A stretch of 64,000 nt of DNA from Phoronis australis (taxonomy: Eukaryota > Animalia > Phoronida). This document shows, one piece after another, positions 1 through 13,774 of the stretch. The stretch lies in the NCBI GenBank assembly GCA_002633005.1, contig NMRA01000136.1, positions 438,215-502,214 on the forward strand. Direction: 5' to 3'. The notes below the pieces were generated by a model. That model was not told where the DNA came from and searched no databases. It saw nothing but the letters and a program-made list of their open reading frames with translations. The position numbers and the translations under genes are program-made. Numbering within the stretch: position 1 is the first letter of the stretch; each line of letters starts with the position of its first letter.

Positions 1-561
1 ATTAACAGGATACTAATATTGAACCTATAAAGCATCAGTTCAATTTCGGAATCATATACAACAGTATTGAAGTGAAGTGGACTGCTAACTGTCGGGCTAA
101 ACTAACTGGTTCTCCCCAAGGATTTGTGTTCACTCCCAGGATTGAGCTCAGTGAAAACCAAATTATGTTACATCAATTCATGTTTGTCTCAACATTGCTA
201 TGAATCCCATCTTAAATTACAAAAATTACCAACAGCAGATGAGCTATAAAACTGGTCTGCTGATCTTTACTCAAGTTAGAGGCAACATCAGGGGTTGGGA
301 AAAACTGAGTCAATTTGTTGATGTATGAGACACGTCTCATTAAGTTGGGTTGTCAACTTGTCACAAAGTCATCTTATGCTCAAAGCAGTATTGAATTCTC
401 AGTCTTTTTTCAAGCTCAGACAAAAATCTGGTCTGAGAAGGCAACAAGATGTAACCAGGTGAGTAAGTACTCAGTGGACAGGGCTGCATAAAAACGAAAT
501 TTTTCGACGGAATACAAGTTTATAGCTGCAGCTTCAACTGTTGAAAAAGTGCCAGTCTGAA

Positions 562-1010
562 TATAATCATCAGTCTGCTCATAACCATCAGTATGCATAT
601 AACCACCAGTCTGCATATAACCATCAGCCTGCATATAACCACCACCTGCATATAACCATCAGTCTGCATACAACCATCAGTCTGCATATAACCACCAGTC
701 TGCATATAACCACCAGTCTGCATATAACCACCAGTCGGCATATAACCACCAGCCTGCATATAACCATCAGTCTGCATTTAACCATCAGTCTGCATATAAC
801 CATCAGTCTGCATATAACCATCAGTCTGCATACAACCATCAGTCTGCATACAACCATCAGTCTGCATACAACCACCAGTCTGCATATAACCATCAGTCTG
901 CATATAACCATCAGTATGCATATAACCGTCAGTGTGTACATAACCATCAGTATGCATATAACCATTAACCATCAGTATGCATATAACCATCAGTATGCAT
1001 ATAACCGTCA
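562..1010. repeat. 18-bp minisatellite, ~25 copies (ACCATCAGTCTGCATATA)
   Basis: Direct tandem periodicity; accounts for the repetitive ORFs in all frames; lies in a presumed ABCC intron. Confidence 0.95.
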
Positions 1011-2633
1011 GTTAGTTTTAGGCTCACATTGGCTCCACTCAAAGTTTTGGTCCCAAGTATTCCTCAATATCTTTCTCTCCTGTTCTGCACTAGAACAGTC
1101 TTAGCAGTAGTTATATTTACACAGGACACTTGAGTATCGCTGGTTATTTGCTCACAAACTTAACACAGCACAGGTCAGTAAAGAGGCAAATAATATCCCA
1201 TATTGGTAAAATTAGTCACGATGACTCAAACCAAGTAACTTGCACATTCAGCAATTCAGGAAAAATGCCTCACTAGTCTGCCTAGTAGCTTCTTATGACT
1301 AAGTTTCTTCCAATTCAAACAAAGACAATGGATGGCTCAATATCCACAAGGCAGTGTTAGTGAATAAAGGCTCCTCTTTTTAACAACTGAACAGATTGAG
1401 AAAAGTTCACCAGTATAGGAGTGTTAGTGAACACGAGACCCGTGTGATTACCTGAATGCACTCATTTCTACAGCTAGGACCCCCATTACACGAGTGACAC
1501 TTCAAATGAATTTGGAATTGCCCGTAGCCAAAATGCTTCAATTTTCAAAAACACACGGCAGTGCTTAAAATGTTTAAAACACCTGTAGTTTGGTGAAAAC
1601 TGTCAGTACAAACTGTGCAAATAATGAAGCGCAACTTTCTTCGTGTCTATTTATGTTGAAAAATTTTGACAAAATAACACTTTAGATTAATCACAGAATT
1701 CTAAATCCACGAAGCTTTAGCAATAATACACAAGCGTAAAACTTCATCGAAACATGCTTTAAAGCTGTCTTACAACTATCTTTCACATTTGAATGCGTTT
1801 TTGCGACAATAGGTCAATTTTCATTAGTGTGATGGATGCAAAGTTCACAGAACACGCACATCCCTTGGGTGCAAAATAATGGTTTAAAATCTTCTCGATG
1901 GCCACTTTAACTGCTCCAAAATCAAGCTTAAATCCGCAATGTATGGGTTTGGATGATTATTGCTTGCAATCAATGAAATAGCCATATTTTGAAGTCTACA
2001 TTTCTTTGTTTTCTGATGCTCCCAGTCCCCACATTTTGATTGAAAGTTTCACATTGCACAGTATTGAGGGGACCTTGAGGCATGATTTTATCAATAAAAT
2101 TTGAACTCTTTAATTAAAACAAACCATTTCTAAACTTGGACTTTGGATTCTAAGTTATGCAAGAACCTCTCAATAAGATGATTCAAGGACTGATTGCACC
2201 TGTCTTAATACACCAGTGTTTGTGCTTTTGTAAGCATCTATTCCAATTAGCGTCAAAATCCACTGACAGAACCTTAAGTTTTTAATACATCTACTGTCAC
2301 AAAAAACACCAACAAAAACTGTCAAAGTGACATGTAAACATAGTCATTATACGGATGAAGATTCTAACAAAATACACAGTACAGACTGCTGCCAAAAATT
2401 GCACAAAACACAGTGAAAAGATTCTACAAATTCTACAACAAGTGAAAATGGTGCATTGTTATCACACGGAAAGCAACAGATGGAGCTTCATCAACTACCA
2501 TTTTTCACACTCATTTCATAGTCTAACAGAAGCAGTATTACAACAAAGCTATCTGAAAGGATACACAGACTGGGAAAGGGGTCCACCCTGGAATGACCTC
2601 TGACCAGCAAGAAAACAAAATGGGTTTACCTAC

Positions 2634-2765
2634 CATTGTTATAGCAGTGATCCCAGGGGACACAAAATACACATGGCCGGGTCTGTCTCCATTGGGGGAG
2701 CTGTAGTCACTCCAGGTCTTGACGATCTCCATTATGGCCACAACTGTCAGTAGGGCTGCCACAGC
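2634..2765 (-). CDS. ABCC/MRP1-type transporter, coding exon 3; gene continues beyond the left edge
   Basis: AVAALLTVVAIMEIV...VYFVSPGITAITM resembles MRP1 TM2-TM3 (FLVSP...GITM); tctttcag acceptor, GTAGGT donor, phase 0. Confidence 0.82.
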
Positions 2766-3199
2766 CTGAAAGAAAATGAACAAGAATCAGCTAATCATGA
2801 GAAGCCTAATCATGCAGACATCCATATGAGACTTTTTGGTATCTGTTTCACAAACAATTCAAAACTCGAAAATGATTAGACACCTAATTCATTCAACTGC
2901 AGATAACAATTTGGATGGATCTCACTAAATAATCCATTTTTCTAAAAAAAAGACATGATCTCATGATTTTTAATTTCTAATGGTCGACCCAATATTCACC
3001 AAATCATGGCAGTAAAGAAAGGATCCTGTTTTTATCATTTTAGTGCAAAAGAGAAAGGCGTTCACCAGAATGGGGGCTTCTGAGAACTAAACGGGGTCTA
3101 TGTGACCCGAATAAACTGGTGCATTTCCGCAAGTGCGATGATTGTCTCACTAGTGCCACCTAGTGAATTTTTAGCTCCTCATCATTATTCTCCACTCAC

Positions 3200-3373
3200 T
3201 GTTTTAGCAACGTTGAGTTTGTTGTGCGAAATTGGCTTCTTTCGTTTGATATACACCATGTAGAATGGAAGCAAAATCCATAGGATGCCACATGGAACCC
3301 AAATGAGAATAGTCTCTTGAAAACACTGCGTGAGGTCCGGTGACGTCGTGTTTTTCCATGTTAAGTCCTCGTC
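3200..3373 (-). CDS. ABCC/MRP1-type transporter, coding exon 2 (start of TMD0)
   Basis: DEDLTWKNTTSPDLTQCFQETILIWVPCGILWILLPFY...KLNVAKT matches the long-MRP TMD0 signature (W.T.PD.T.CFQ.T.L.WVPC..LW); tttcag acceptor and GTGAGT donor. Confidence 0.92.
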
Positions 3374-5430
3374 CTGAAAGGCAAAACACATTATTATTAT
3401 TAATTTTTCACTTATTTACAATATGGCCATCGGCTGAAATTAAATTTTGTTAAATTTCTCCACAAAAGTATACACTGAGTACGGTTTAGTCTATTATAAG
3501 CACAGATTGTAGAGTGTAGCTGTCATAAAATAACATTTCCTAAAATTTGCAAACATGTAATCAGCCTTTGAAAATGGAGAAAATACATTTTTGACAATTA
3601 TTAGTTTTGTTCGATGTAAGCGGAGAAGTAGTCAGAATTTACCCATAATTATTCATCTGAGTGCTTTAGGCAGCCTTACTTTGAAATGGAAATTTCATTC
3701 TTAAAAACAATTACACCATTATAACCCCTATATCTAGCACAATAAACAAAGCCATCACAGTCAATTTTCTATAAAAGTGGCTGGTAGTGCTGAACACCTT
3801 AGGACAGTCACGACACACTGGCAGCGATTTCTGGAAAATGAGGTACAACTGACCTAATTTAACAAAATAAGAAATTCTGAACATTCATAAGACATCTTTA
3901 AGACTCCCATACAATATTCTCAAAGCAATAAAGCTGTCATGGATTCTGCAATAAATGAAAGATAACTTAATTTGCACTAATTTGGTGAAAGCTTTTACTG
4001 TTGTATGGTGTCTTGGAAATGACCTTGTCGTCACGAAACAACAAACATTTTTCACACTCTCCCAGTAATGGCTGAGAATTAGTATGCTAAAGCCAGATGT
4101 ACCTGTACGCATATTTGATCGACAAAAACCTGGTGAGAACTAGGTCAATGAACTTTGACCTATGCCTGTTCTGTTCCAATGAACAGGTTCATTCCTTTTG
4201 TAATTGGGTTTACTTGGATGTACTGGGTCAGGTTTTATATTATGTTGTACCATGACCAATTGCTGGATAGGGAAAATGTTTTCAGTGAAACATGAGCAAA
4301 TATCACTAACAGAGCAACTTGTTAATTTGTATGCAGCACTTGACTTAATCGTTATAAAACAATAATAATGTTGATAGGTTATTCAATTTATGATTCAAAC
4401 GTACAAAGAATGAACACGACGCATAGGAAACAGCCAGTTTAAGAGAGCAGAGTTTCCTCCACGAGCCATGAAAATTTGAAAGTGGCATTTTCTTCTTTAG
4501 TGAATAATATGAAGTTCACCGTGAATGAAGATAGCATAGACATTTATCACTAACAACAAACAGTAACTTTCTAGGTATCTCTTCCAGCTAGCTGACACTG
4601 ACAACTTCAAAATTGCATGATTACCTCATATAAACAGCAACCAAGATCTGACATACCAGGTATGCAGATAAATCATTTTAACAAGTTGAGAGATTCAACG
4701 TTTAAGCTGACACATAACAAAAACAGCAAATTTTTTTGCAAGTCATTTTTTGAGATTGTCATATCTTATGACCATCAAATTTCCACCATTTTAAGTACTG
4801 TTTTACAGATCTGTTGTTACAGTGCAGAATGGAGGTTAATTGGCAGTGTCATCCATTGTGGAATGTAACAAACAGCTCTTGGATGACAACTTGAGCTTTT
4901 AGGTGATTGGGGCTGATTGTTATAAGTCACATTATATGGGTTGCTTGGCTATTCCAGGGGTCACTTTACAACCTTTTTAGTAGATGGAAAAACTTAAGAC
5001 AGTTTCATAAAAAAGATTGCAAGTCTAGCTCTGATTTCCGTTATATCCGTGGCAACATCTACGCACATTCATAACCCGAAATCGATACATTCTAATTTAG
5101 GAAGCAAAAGTAATTCTGTAACCAAATGAAGTATCAGGAATGTTTCCAAGTCACTTAAGTGACTACTACTTAAGAAAATCTGAAAACATATTCCGGGTTG
5201 GGGGCAATAAACACGTGTATTACACTTTAGTATTGTCATTACTATAAGTATTCTCATCATCATTATTATAATCACAGTCAAGTGCGAATTTACAGAGGGA
5301 TTTTGAGTGTATCCGTACCCCTTGTCCCCCCAACACTTATACAAATGGATGAAATACAAAGTGACCCCTAGCTGTGAATGTCCATTGACAGACCCTCTTC
5401 TGGTCACGATCATGTAATCTTTGTAAGAGG

Positions 5431-5577
5431 CAACACTGTTCTCAGAGTTATTACATTGTATGTAATTCTGAAATTGTGCACATGTAATGATGTATCATGT
5501 CACAACACTGTTCTCAGAGTTATTACATTGTATGTAATTCTGAAATTGTGCACATATAATGATGTATCATGTCACAA
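5431..5577. repeat. 72-bp tandem duplication (2 copies)
   Basis: CAACACTGTTCTCAGAG...GTATCATGTCA starts at 5431 and again at 5503, with one mismatch. Confidence 0.9.
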
Positions 5578-5795
5578 TTCAAATTAACAAAAAACAATGA
5601 ATTCTAAAAGACTGGAAGCTTAAAGGCACAAAAATTACAGTGCCACTGTCTCGACTGGCTTCAATAGAGATGGTGACCATCCCATATGCCCTCCATAAGC
5701 CCGAAGCTTATGGACAAATTATGACTCACATCATCAAAGTCATAATTAGTAGTAATGTAAAGATACCTGTGTCAGAGTCATGAAGATTACTGAAA

Positions 5796-5836
5796 CCACT
5801 AGCTTTCAGTCTCATTTCAAAACCTTCGTCAGGTGA
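5796..5836 (-). ncRNA. Minimal type I hammerhead ribozyme motif (Penelope-associated type)
   Basis: Minus strand reads UCAC-CUGACGA-A-GGUUUU-GAAAU-GAGACU-GAA-AGCU-A-GUGG: core boxes intact, stem I UCAC/GUGG, G-U-rich stem II, palindromic AGCU in place of stem III. Confidence 0.65.
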
Positions 5837-7858
5837 AATGGCAGGTAACTGGAGCCTCGTCCAAGTCTGTTACATCACCGTCATGTGTCATAAGATGTGA
5901 CATGTCAGATCATAGGAGTAAATTCTGGATACGACGTCATATAGCCTGGCGCAAGCAGTGCAGAAATGGCCAGTTGGGCAACTGAACAAAGGACTGCTCG
6001 AGAAAAGAGTATTTGTTCAAGCTGGGAAGAGTTAAAGACATCAACGGCTTCCTATTTGATGTCACTTTACGCACAAAAGGTACTTATAGCAACATGACTT
6101 TGATGGTTTAATAAGTGTGAGGCATAATTCGTCAAAAAGCTTCCGGGGGAGGGCCTACGGAATAGCCACTATCTCTACTGCGGCCAGTCAAGACGGTGGC
6201 ACTGTCTATGGCTTACAATGAGGCAGAGACCCCTGTCTGAAGACTCTAAACCTCACTCATGAGTTTCAGGACTGTTGATTGTTAAATTTGACTGAGATTC
6301 ATGACTGAGTGATGGGTGACCATTATAATGAAACAGTCCAAAACAGATATTCAACTATGGTAAGTTACCAAAATCTTTGGGACTTATAGTACTTATGTTA
6401 AGTGGAACACTTGCTCCATTACGACGTTTTCCCGTTACTCCCAACTTGTTCGATTCTATAGCCTAACAAGTTGGGATGATCACCCTTGTAGCCAATATCT
6501 TACACGACTCTGGCATTTATGGTTGGAGGGTCGGCTCTCTTTTGTTCGATAATTGCTCTAATCTCCGATCAGATCGTATCAGCCTTACTGGGCTGTGCTG
6601 CTAAAAATGAAAGTTAAGTTATAACATATTTGAACACAAACCAATAGCATTTCCTTGTCAAATGCTGAGCGTGTTTAGTCTTTGAATCCCCAAAATCGCC
6701 CAACTACAACAGAAGTTAAGACAATCTATTCTGCCAGGTTTCAGTAACCCTTTGAAGCCTGGGAGATAACTGGCCTGCTTGTTGTCTTACGGGACAAAAG
6801 ACTGAGCTGGGCAGTTACCAAAGGAGCCAGATGTTATCGCATGTTCAGAACCCCTCACGTCTGGAAAAGTTGCTAAATGACAGAACGCCGTCATGTCTTA
6901 TTTATTTTTAATATTAATGAGAATCCAAACTAGAGTTTATGAAACCGTACAATGTAGAATAAACATTATTACAGACATATACAAATATATATAGGCCTAA
7001 CGTCCATACAAAAATACATAGCTAGCTTAACTTGATCATATTTGATTTAGGCCAGAGCCCATGCACGAACTTGAAAATTAGCGCGGAAGTAAATAACGAC
7101 ATTTATCTAATGTTTCAGACTGTACAGCTCCAACTGTTTAGATTCTGGTCTGTCCCCCTCACAACGCATTTTGATGTGTACCACTGTACAGTCTGTTCAG
7201 TCCACCTGTGTTGCCTGTTTGAGTAAGTGAACTGTTTCCCTGAGAATGGCTTAAGTAATAAACCGAAATGTTGGATAAATATGTCGTTATTTACTTACAC
7301 GCTAATTTTAAAGTAGCTGTAACTTACGGTATACTAATACCAAAAAGACTAAATCAAGAATCAACAATTAAATATGATACAAAAGAATCAAAACAGTCCA
7401 AAAAGGGATATGACCAAGAAAAACAAGTATATGTAGAATTAACCAAAAACGACACATTTGAGAATAATGATGTTTCACAATTCACACTACAAAGAGTTAT
7501 GAGAAAGGTAAAGGTTAACTGAAGAGTGAAGTACACATCGATCAAGTAGATCAACTCGAATGGAAACTCCTCTCAATACTAACCGTAACTTACTCTATAG
7601 TTTATTCGGTGTGTAGCCAAAAAGTGACTTAGTACTTTTATGTAAAACAGCATTAAAAAGAACAAATAGTGCATTTAAAATCCACAAATGTGGGGGAAAG
7701 TTAGGCAATATAGTTGAGTTACTCTTTGCCTTGGGCCTGGCTTTGGGACTGTGCAACCGGACACAGTGACTGTCCTTAGTCGAAGTGCCGCTAGGCCAGG
7801 GGCAAGAAAATCTTCCTGAGTTGATCGATGAGCAGGGTTAACGTGCTATCGTACTTAC

Positions 7859-7906
7859 CCAGAATACTCCGCCGCAAAACTGCTCAAAACCAGATAGATT
7901 TGCCAT
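7859..7906 (-). CDS. ABCC/MRP1-type ABC transporter, coding exon 1 (MANLSGFEQFCGGVFW)
   Basis: ATG at 7906, 16 codons, then GTAAGT donor; the FC....W N-terminus and 48-nt length resemble ABCC1 exon 1; phase 0 matches the next exon. Confidence 0.85.
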
Positions 7907-8510
7907 CGCGACCAAACACGCAAGGCGTCAGCAGTGTGGACTGTGAGAGAGGGAGACAGCTGAGCTCCGTGTTTATGTACACAAATGGATTCTGCAAGTC
8001 ACGACGCCGAAAGTAGGTCAACCAGTGGATGTCACGGACTTGAGCGATAACTTACGGAGGAAAACCATTTAGAATTTCGCTGGTTCTAAATTTGACAAGT
8101 ACTCGACCAGATGTTCTGTTGCTTGTCAATCAAACAAGTTACTATCATTTATTAAAGTTTTCAAAAAACATGGACTTATTCAATTATTCAATTGGAGGAC
8201 AAAACTCACAGATTTTATTTTGTGCGAAGTTTTGGAAGTTGCCGAGCAAACCCGCTAAAAAAGATACGTCACATGCTTTAGTCAGAAAGTATGATTGGTT
8301 AGCACTGGCTTTGCGAGTTGTTTACTCATTTACATATCATGTGCCCTAAGATAACAGTTTTCATTGGCTTCTCAGGCTACAGCTACCGCCAATTGGCCAA
8401 TCACATAACAGACGTGCTTCATGCAGTCTGACGTTCTTGGCCGCATAAGTAGCGTGGGTACTGGGCATCTATTAACTGTACACCGGCTTTATCTTGAAAG
8501 GTACCTTGGT
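7907..8510. promoter_or_regulatory. Putative bidirectional promoter shared by ABCC (-) and HMGB (+)
   Basis: Divergent genes; clustered CCAAT/ATTGG boxes at ~8292, 8363 and 8389-8401; candidate donor of a non-coding HMGB exon 1 (TTG|GTAAGA) at ~8509. Confidence 0.55.
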
Positions 8511-10636
8511 AAGAATAATTTTTTTCCAAACATCTGTATTTTAGATTATCGTTAAAATTTCACCTGCAACTATTTGTGAAGAGTTTTAGCATTTGCAATT
8601 GTTATGATAAAGAATTTTGGTGATTAACACGATGCTTTTCAATTTGCAAAGTAAGGGTTTGAGCTCCGGTCGAACTGCTATGGCTGCCATTGTGATTCAA
8701 CGTAGAAGGTCGTGACAAGTTTTATAAAATTGCTTATTTGTTTCGAAAATGGACGTATCAAGCGAATATACATGTTGAAATCTACCCCTTTATTGTTGAA
8801 TGTGTCACACATGTAACATCTTCCTTTTAAATTCCGTTAAACATAAAAAATTTGGCACACAAGCCAGACATCCTTTGTGCGCTGTGCCTCATACATGTCT
8901 TCCTACCGACTTCACATGCATGCAATCCACTGTGGTATACTCTCCCTATATGCTATGTACCATGTACTGTGTGTAGTAGTATTTTGATAGTAAGCTTTAA
9001 TCCTTCAGAAACATCAGTTGTTTGTTATTTATATACCTTAAATTGTTAGATTAAGCATTTTTAAGGGGACTTTCATTCATGATGTGAAAAATTGTCATTT
9101 TGAAGGTCGATTTTGACCTCGTTTTTCCTTGCTTCTTCTTCACACTCAAAATCCATTGAAATGGCCACGAGCTCATTCAGCTAGCCGGTTCAATCGGTTG
9201 AACTCATGTTTAGCTTTAAAATATTACAAGAAACGGGGACTGTTTGATCAGTTTTTACGGTAATACTGTCTAATTTGTGGTTGGATGAATGTTTTCTTTG
9301 TCTGGCAAGCTGTGATTCAGACATGAAATGGCGGTCGTCTACGACAAGGCTTGCAGGCCAGTGTTCAGTATGCTGGGCTAACAAGTGTCAATTTTAACTT
9401 ATAAATGTTTGCGTCGCGTTTTCTCGCTCAATTTATGAAATGTTAAAACGTTAAATATAACCAACGTTTCTCTTGAAAGTTTTTTTTTATTTTGCATCAA
9501 ATGTGATTGGAAAGACTTAAACTAATATTATTCAATTCCCTGTTCACAGGTAGGCTGAATCACTTTACGAATTGACACTCACTTTATACAATCCGGAACT
9601 TGTTTTTCATCAGTGATCAGCAATATGCTGTATCATTTGTAAATAATTTATAAAGACTTCTTGCTGGACTCATTTGTATATGCAAATTAAACGAACTGGG
9701 ACAAAAATACCATTAGTAGAATTTCTAGTTGGAGACTGAAAAACAAAGAAACCTCAATAATAAAGCAGCATTTAATCATGTTTTCTGTGAAATAAAAACA
9801 AGAATTGATTTTTGGCCACTTACTGCTACAAAAATGGGTTTGTCTTGTTCTTGCCTGACTTTAAAAGGTGATCTGTCGGTGGGGAAGAACATTCATTCAT
9901 TATTTTTTCAAACCAAGCTCCTATAACTTCAGGTCACAACTTGACATGAAATTTTATAATCTTAGTTTGAAGGAAAAACAAACTTTTCTTTCTATGCCCA
10001 GAAAGCAATCCTATTTTGACTGAGAACAATTTAAGACTTATTTCTTACTGGTAAGTGGCCTAAATCTAAACTTTGTTTTGGACAGAAGCATGTGGGTTTG
10101 ATGCTGCTTTAAATGTTAACTATCGAGATGCTAATGTACATATTACAGGTACTATTTTGAATGTCAAAATGGACTACTTCATATTGGATAAAGAGTTTGT
10201 GGTTTAGTATGCGAAAGCAGATGTAATGGTCAATTATCTAGACAACCAGGGCTCCGGGCTATTTGTCAAAGATGCCCAGAGTGTTCTAAACAACAGAAAA
10301 CAAAAATTTGACTGGAATTACAAAATTCGTGTACGTTTTAAGAGTCCATGTCCATACCTTGGGGAGTTTGTTTGTTTAGTCTTGGAACAAATGCATTAAA
10401 CTGGCACTAAAAGTTCAGAAAGTCATAATTCCCTTAAGAAACGACTAATTTCCTATTACTTTTAAACTCATTGTATAGGTTTTCAAACTCTACCCATGTA
10501 AGCCGAACTCTTCACAACAAATTTGAAAATTCAAACTCTATGCAGAGTTCTGTACTGAATATAGAGCTTCCTTTTAAAATTACACAGCATTAACATTGTA
10601 AAACTTTATTTTCAGTTATTCACACATAATTCAACA

Positions 10637-10789
10637 ATGGTTAAGAGAAGAGCTGACGGACAACCGGCTGGTAAGACTTCATCTTACGCATTCTTCGTCA
10701 AGAAGTGCCGAGAAGAACACAGACATTCGAATCCGAATGACAAAATAGACTTCAAGGATTTCAGTGTGAAGTGTGCCGACAAATGGAGA
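10637..10789 (+). CDS. HMGB: High mobility group B protein, coding exon 1 (HMG box A, N-terminal part)
   Basis: MVKRRADGQPAGKTSSYAFFVKKCREEH...IDFKDFSVKCADKWR; acceptor at 10615 just upstream of the ATG, GTAAGT donor. Confidence 0.93.
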
Positions 10790-11654
10790 GTAAGTGAAAT
10801 ATTGTAGGAAGATGACATGCGAGTTATGTTTCACAGGAACACTATTTTGGAGGGGAGAAGTGACATAATGCCATGCTAGATTTGTAGTTCTAAAGATGTG
10901 ATCACAGAACTACGTATTACATATCGTTTGTTGGTTTTCAAGGAGTAGTCATTAAACCTTAATAGGGGTTGCAAGACGCTTAATGTAGAGTGGAACACTT
11001 AACACAAGTGTCAATTCTGTTAGTAGCTTTTGAAACAATGAGCGCAAAATTGTTTGTAAAATGCTTTAAACTTTTGATTTTGCTTCATATTTCTGATGCT
11101 AGAAGCCCCATAAGCCTGTGAGATGAAGTTCTAAGGTGGCATTCATCTAGGATTTCAAGTGGCTATCCTAATTCGTAAGATTTACACTCGCCATATGCGG
11201 GCATTCTGTGTGGGATCCCACTGATGTCACAGGATGGAGGTTTCCCCAAAAACATGGCTACCAGCATTTGTTGATCATGATTGTGACATTTATGATAAAA
11301 ATAGATGATAATAGTCTTTGATCTCGGTTTATGTCTGAATACTTATTATCAAAGCACAAGAAATTGTAGGTTTCAATAACATTTAATAATCAGGCTTATT
11401 AAAATTTTTCATTTAGCCCGCGTTTCTGCCGAGGTTGTCTTGGAACAGGATGTCTTTTTTTCTCTCTTGGTCGTGCCGTCTAAGCTGTCATTCTTAAAAC
11501 TGGCCTTCCCAGAGATGGCCAATAGATGAATCCCTAGTCCTAACTCTGTTAATTTGCCTTAAAATTAGCTGAGGTCAAAGTTGATGACTTGTCACTTTGA
11601 CACTTGTCAATCTGTTAAATCTGAACTTGAGTGCATGATTGTGATTTGTTTCAG

Positions 11655-11821
11655 AAAATGCCTGACCATCAAAAAAAGCCATTTTCCAATCTGGCAAAGA
11701 AAGATGCTGACCGTCACTCCAGAGAAATGGATGTTTGGAAGAAGGCCAACCCCCAAGCTGCAGCTGCCTCCGGCAAGAACAAGAAAGAGAAGAAGGACCC
11801 AAACCAGCCAAAGAGGGCACT
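11655..11821 (+). CDS. HMGB: HMGB coding exon 2 (end of box A and linker)
   Basis: KMPDHQKKPFSNLAKKDADRHSREM...KKEKKDPNQPKRA; phase 0 in, phase 2 out (GTAAGC). Confidence 0.93.
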
Positions 11822-12678
11822 GTAAGCAGGGTTGGCATTGAATCCGGGTTTTTGTCGGGGGCGAGATTTCTCAAGATATAGCTGTGTAGGGCATATTATC
11901 AAGCTAAAATTCACTTTTGCATGCCAAGTGTTTCCAACTTATGTGGGGGCTGATGTCGTGGGAGTTCATAAGTTAAGTGGTGGTTGGGTGGTGTTGAGCC
12001 GAGTGTAACGGAACAAGGGCATCAAAATAGGTTGAAAATTTTATGGTCACAGTTTTGCTGAAAAGATGATGTTGACCATGTACGATATAACAGAATTGGG
12101 AGTACATTTTGTGTACTTCAGAGTTAACGGTAAGGCTTGGCATGACGCCTGCTGGTTTGAAAATTGTGACCTGGATTTTGTAATTTCGTCCTGAAAATTG
12201 TACCAATTGGCAGAAGTCTACTCGAATTTGAGTTCGGTTGACCTGTCTGGGTAATTTTGAAAATGGAAAATGTGAAATGGTTATCGTCTAAAAATAAGTA
12301 TTGCATTTTGAAATCAAACTTTTTTGGGAATTGACGACCTGGGCACTAATGACATATTTCACACATAGCCCTCATCATGTCATGGAAATTATCAGACTCA
12401 GTTTGGTGATTTGCGACAGATCATTTTAATAACAACTTGTGCATCATTTGGCCAAATAATCGAGAGAGATAAGTGAAATTTGCATATCATTTTGCCCAGT
12501 GGAAATTACTATGTTTAGTGGAAATCATATGGCCTCTCTCAAAAACTAATTACGGTGTAAACATTGGTGAAATGTACTAGTATACAGTGTAATGCTTCTT
12601 GTCACGGGTAACTGTAAATATTTCTTGGAACAATTTTTGTTTAAGTGAGCATTCAAAAAGACTAAGCATTGCAACTAA

Positions 12679-13656
12679 AGCTGCGTTTATATGCAGAACT
12701 TTTACACTCGTATGTAAATATACACCATACACAAATCTGAAATCTTCACCCTGCAAACGTGATGTAAATTTACATTCACATCACGTTTGCAGGGAAATAC
12801 AAAAGCAATATTTGCGCTGAGTACTCCATAATCTCGCATAGCACAAGTTTGAGTATATTAAGAACGATCGACGGAGAGGTGGCAAAACGTATTTAATAGT
12901 GAAAATTTAAAATGCGAAGGGTGGTTTGAAAATTGTGAAATAGCATATCCCATTCAAAAGTTCTATGGGCCTACTCATTTTGTCAAGTAATCCTTGAATA
13001 TCTTGTAAACCAATAAGACAATCAGGTCTTAATGGATAGGTACGGGATTTGGTGGTACACAGGTCTGATAGCAGCAGCATTTCAATAAAAGTCAATATCA
13101 AACCACAACAGAGGATCTTTTGGGGGTTTAAAGGAAAGTGGTGTTGCTTTAAGAAGTAATGAGACCACATAAATAATTTTTGGTGGTGTGATCTTGCTTT
13201 TACACCTGTGTATAAATTTAAATCTCGTTCATGTGTGCCAGGTGTATATTTGCACACGTGTAAATGTAAATTTACACAACCTGGAGGCGGTGTAATTATA
13301 CATCCGAGTGCAGCTTTTCACACGAGTGTATTTGCGTTTATATGACAAAAATACACTTATTCGTAAATACACACTCGGGTGTAAATAGACACTCGGGTGT
13401 AAATAGACACTCTGGTGTAAATAGACACTCGGGTGTAAATAGACACTCTGGTGTAAATAGACACTCTGGTGTAAATAGACACTCGGGTGCAAGTGTATGC
13501 TCAGGTGTAAGTACGCATTCAGGTGTAAATAAACATTTGGGTGTAAATATACACCAGGGTGTAAATACACATTTGGGTGTTAATACACACTCATGCAAAT
13601 ATACACTCGGATGTAAATACACACTCGGGTGTAAACACCATCATGTAAACAGGGCT
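12679..13656. mobile_element. Non-autonomous DNA transposon, PIF/Harbinger-like, in HMGB intron
   Basis: Imperfect TIRs AGCTGCGTTTATATG / CATGTAAACAGGGCT, TAA on both flanks, TTTACAC/GTGTAAA subterminal motifs. Confidence 0.5.
13363..13638. repeat. 18-bp minisatellite (GTAAATAGACACTCGGGT), ~15 copies
   Basis: Direct tandem periodicity, subterminal within the putative Harbinger-like element. Confidence 0.93.
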
Positions 13657-13774
13657 TAAGTAATTGCTGGGTGGGTGTTTAACTGTGATGCGCATTTCAA
13701 AGCAAGAATTCAAAAAGTTATGGAGTTTTAACGTTCACAAATATGGCAAGCAAGTTTAACTCTCTTCCCTTCAG

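Noticed and set aside
416-1104. Repetitive ORFs (MQTDGY / LHITIS / ICRLMV repeats)
   Set aside because: Translations of an 18-bp minisatellite that is open in several frames on both strands; no splice or homology support
13229-13659. Repetitive ORFs (SGVNRH / TPECLF)
   Set aside because: Produced by the 18-bp array in an HMGB intron
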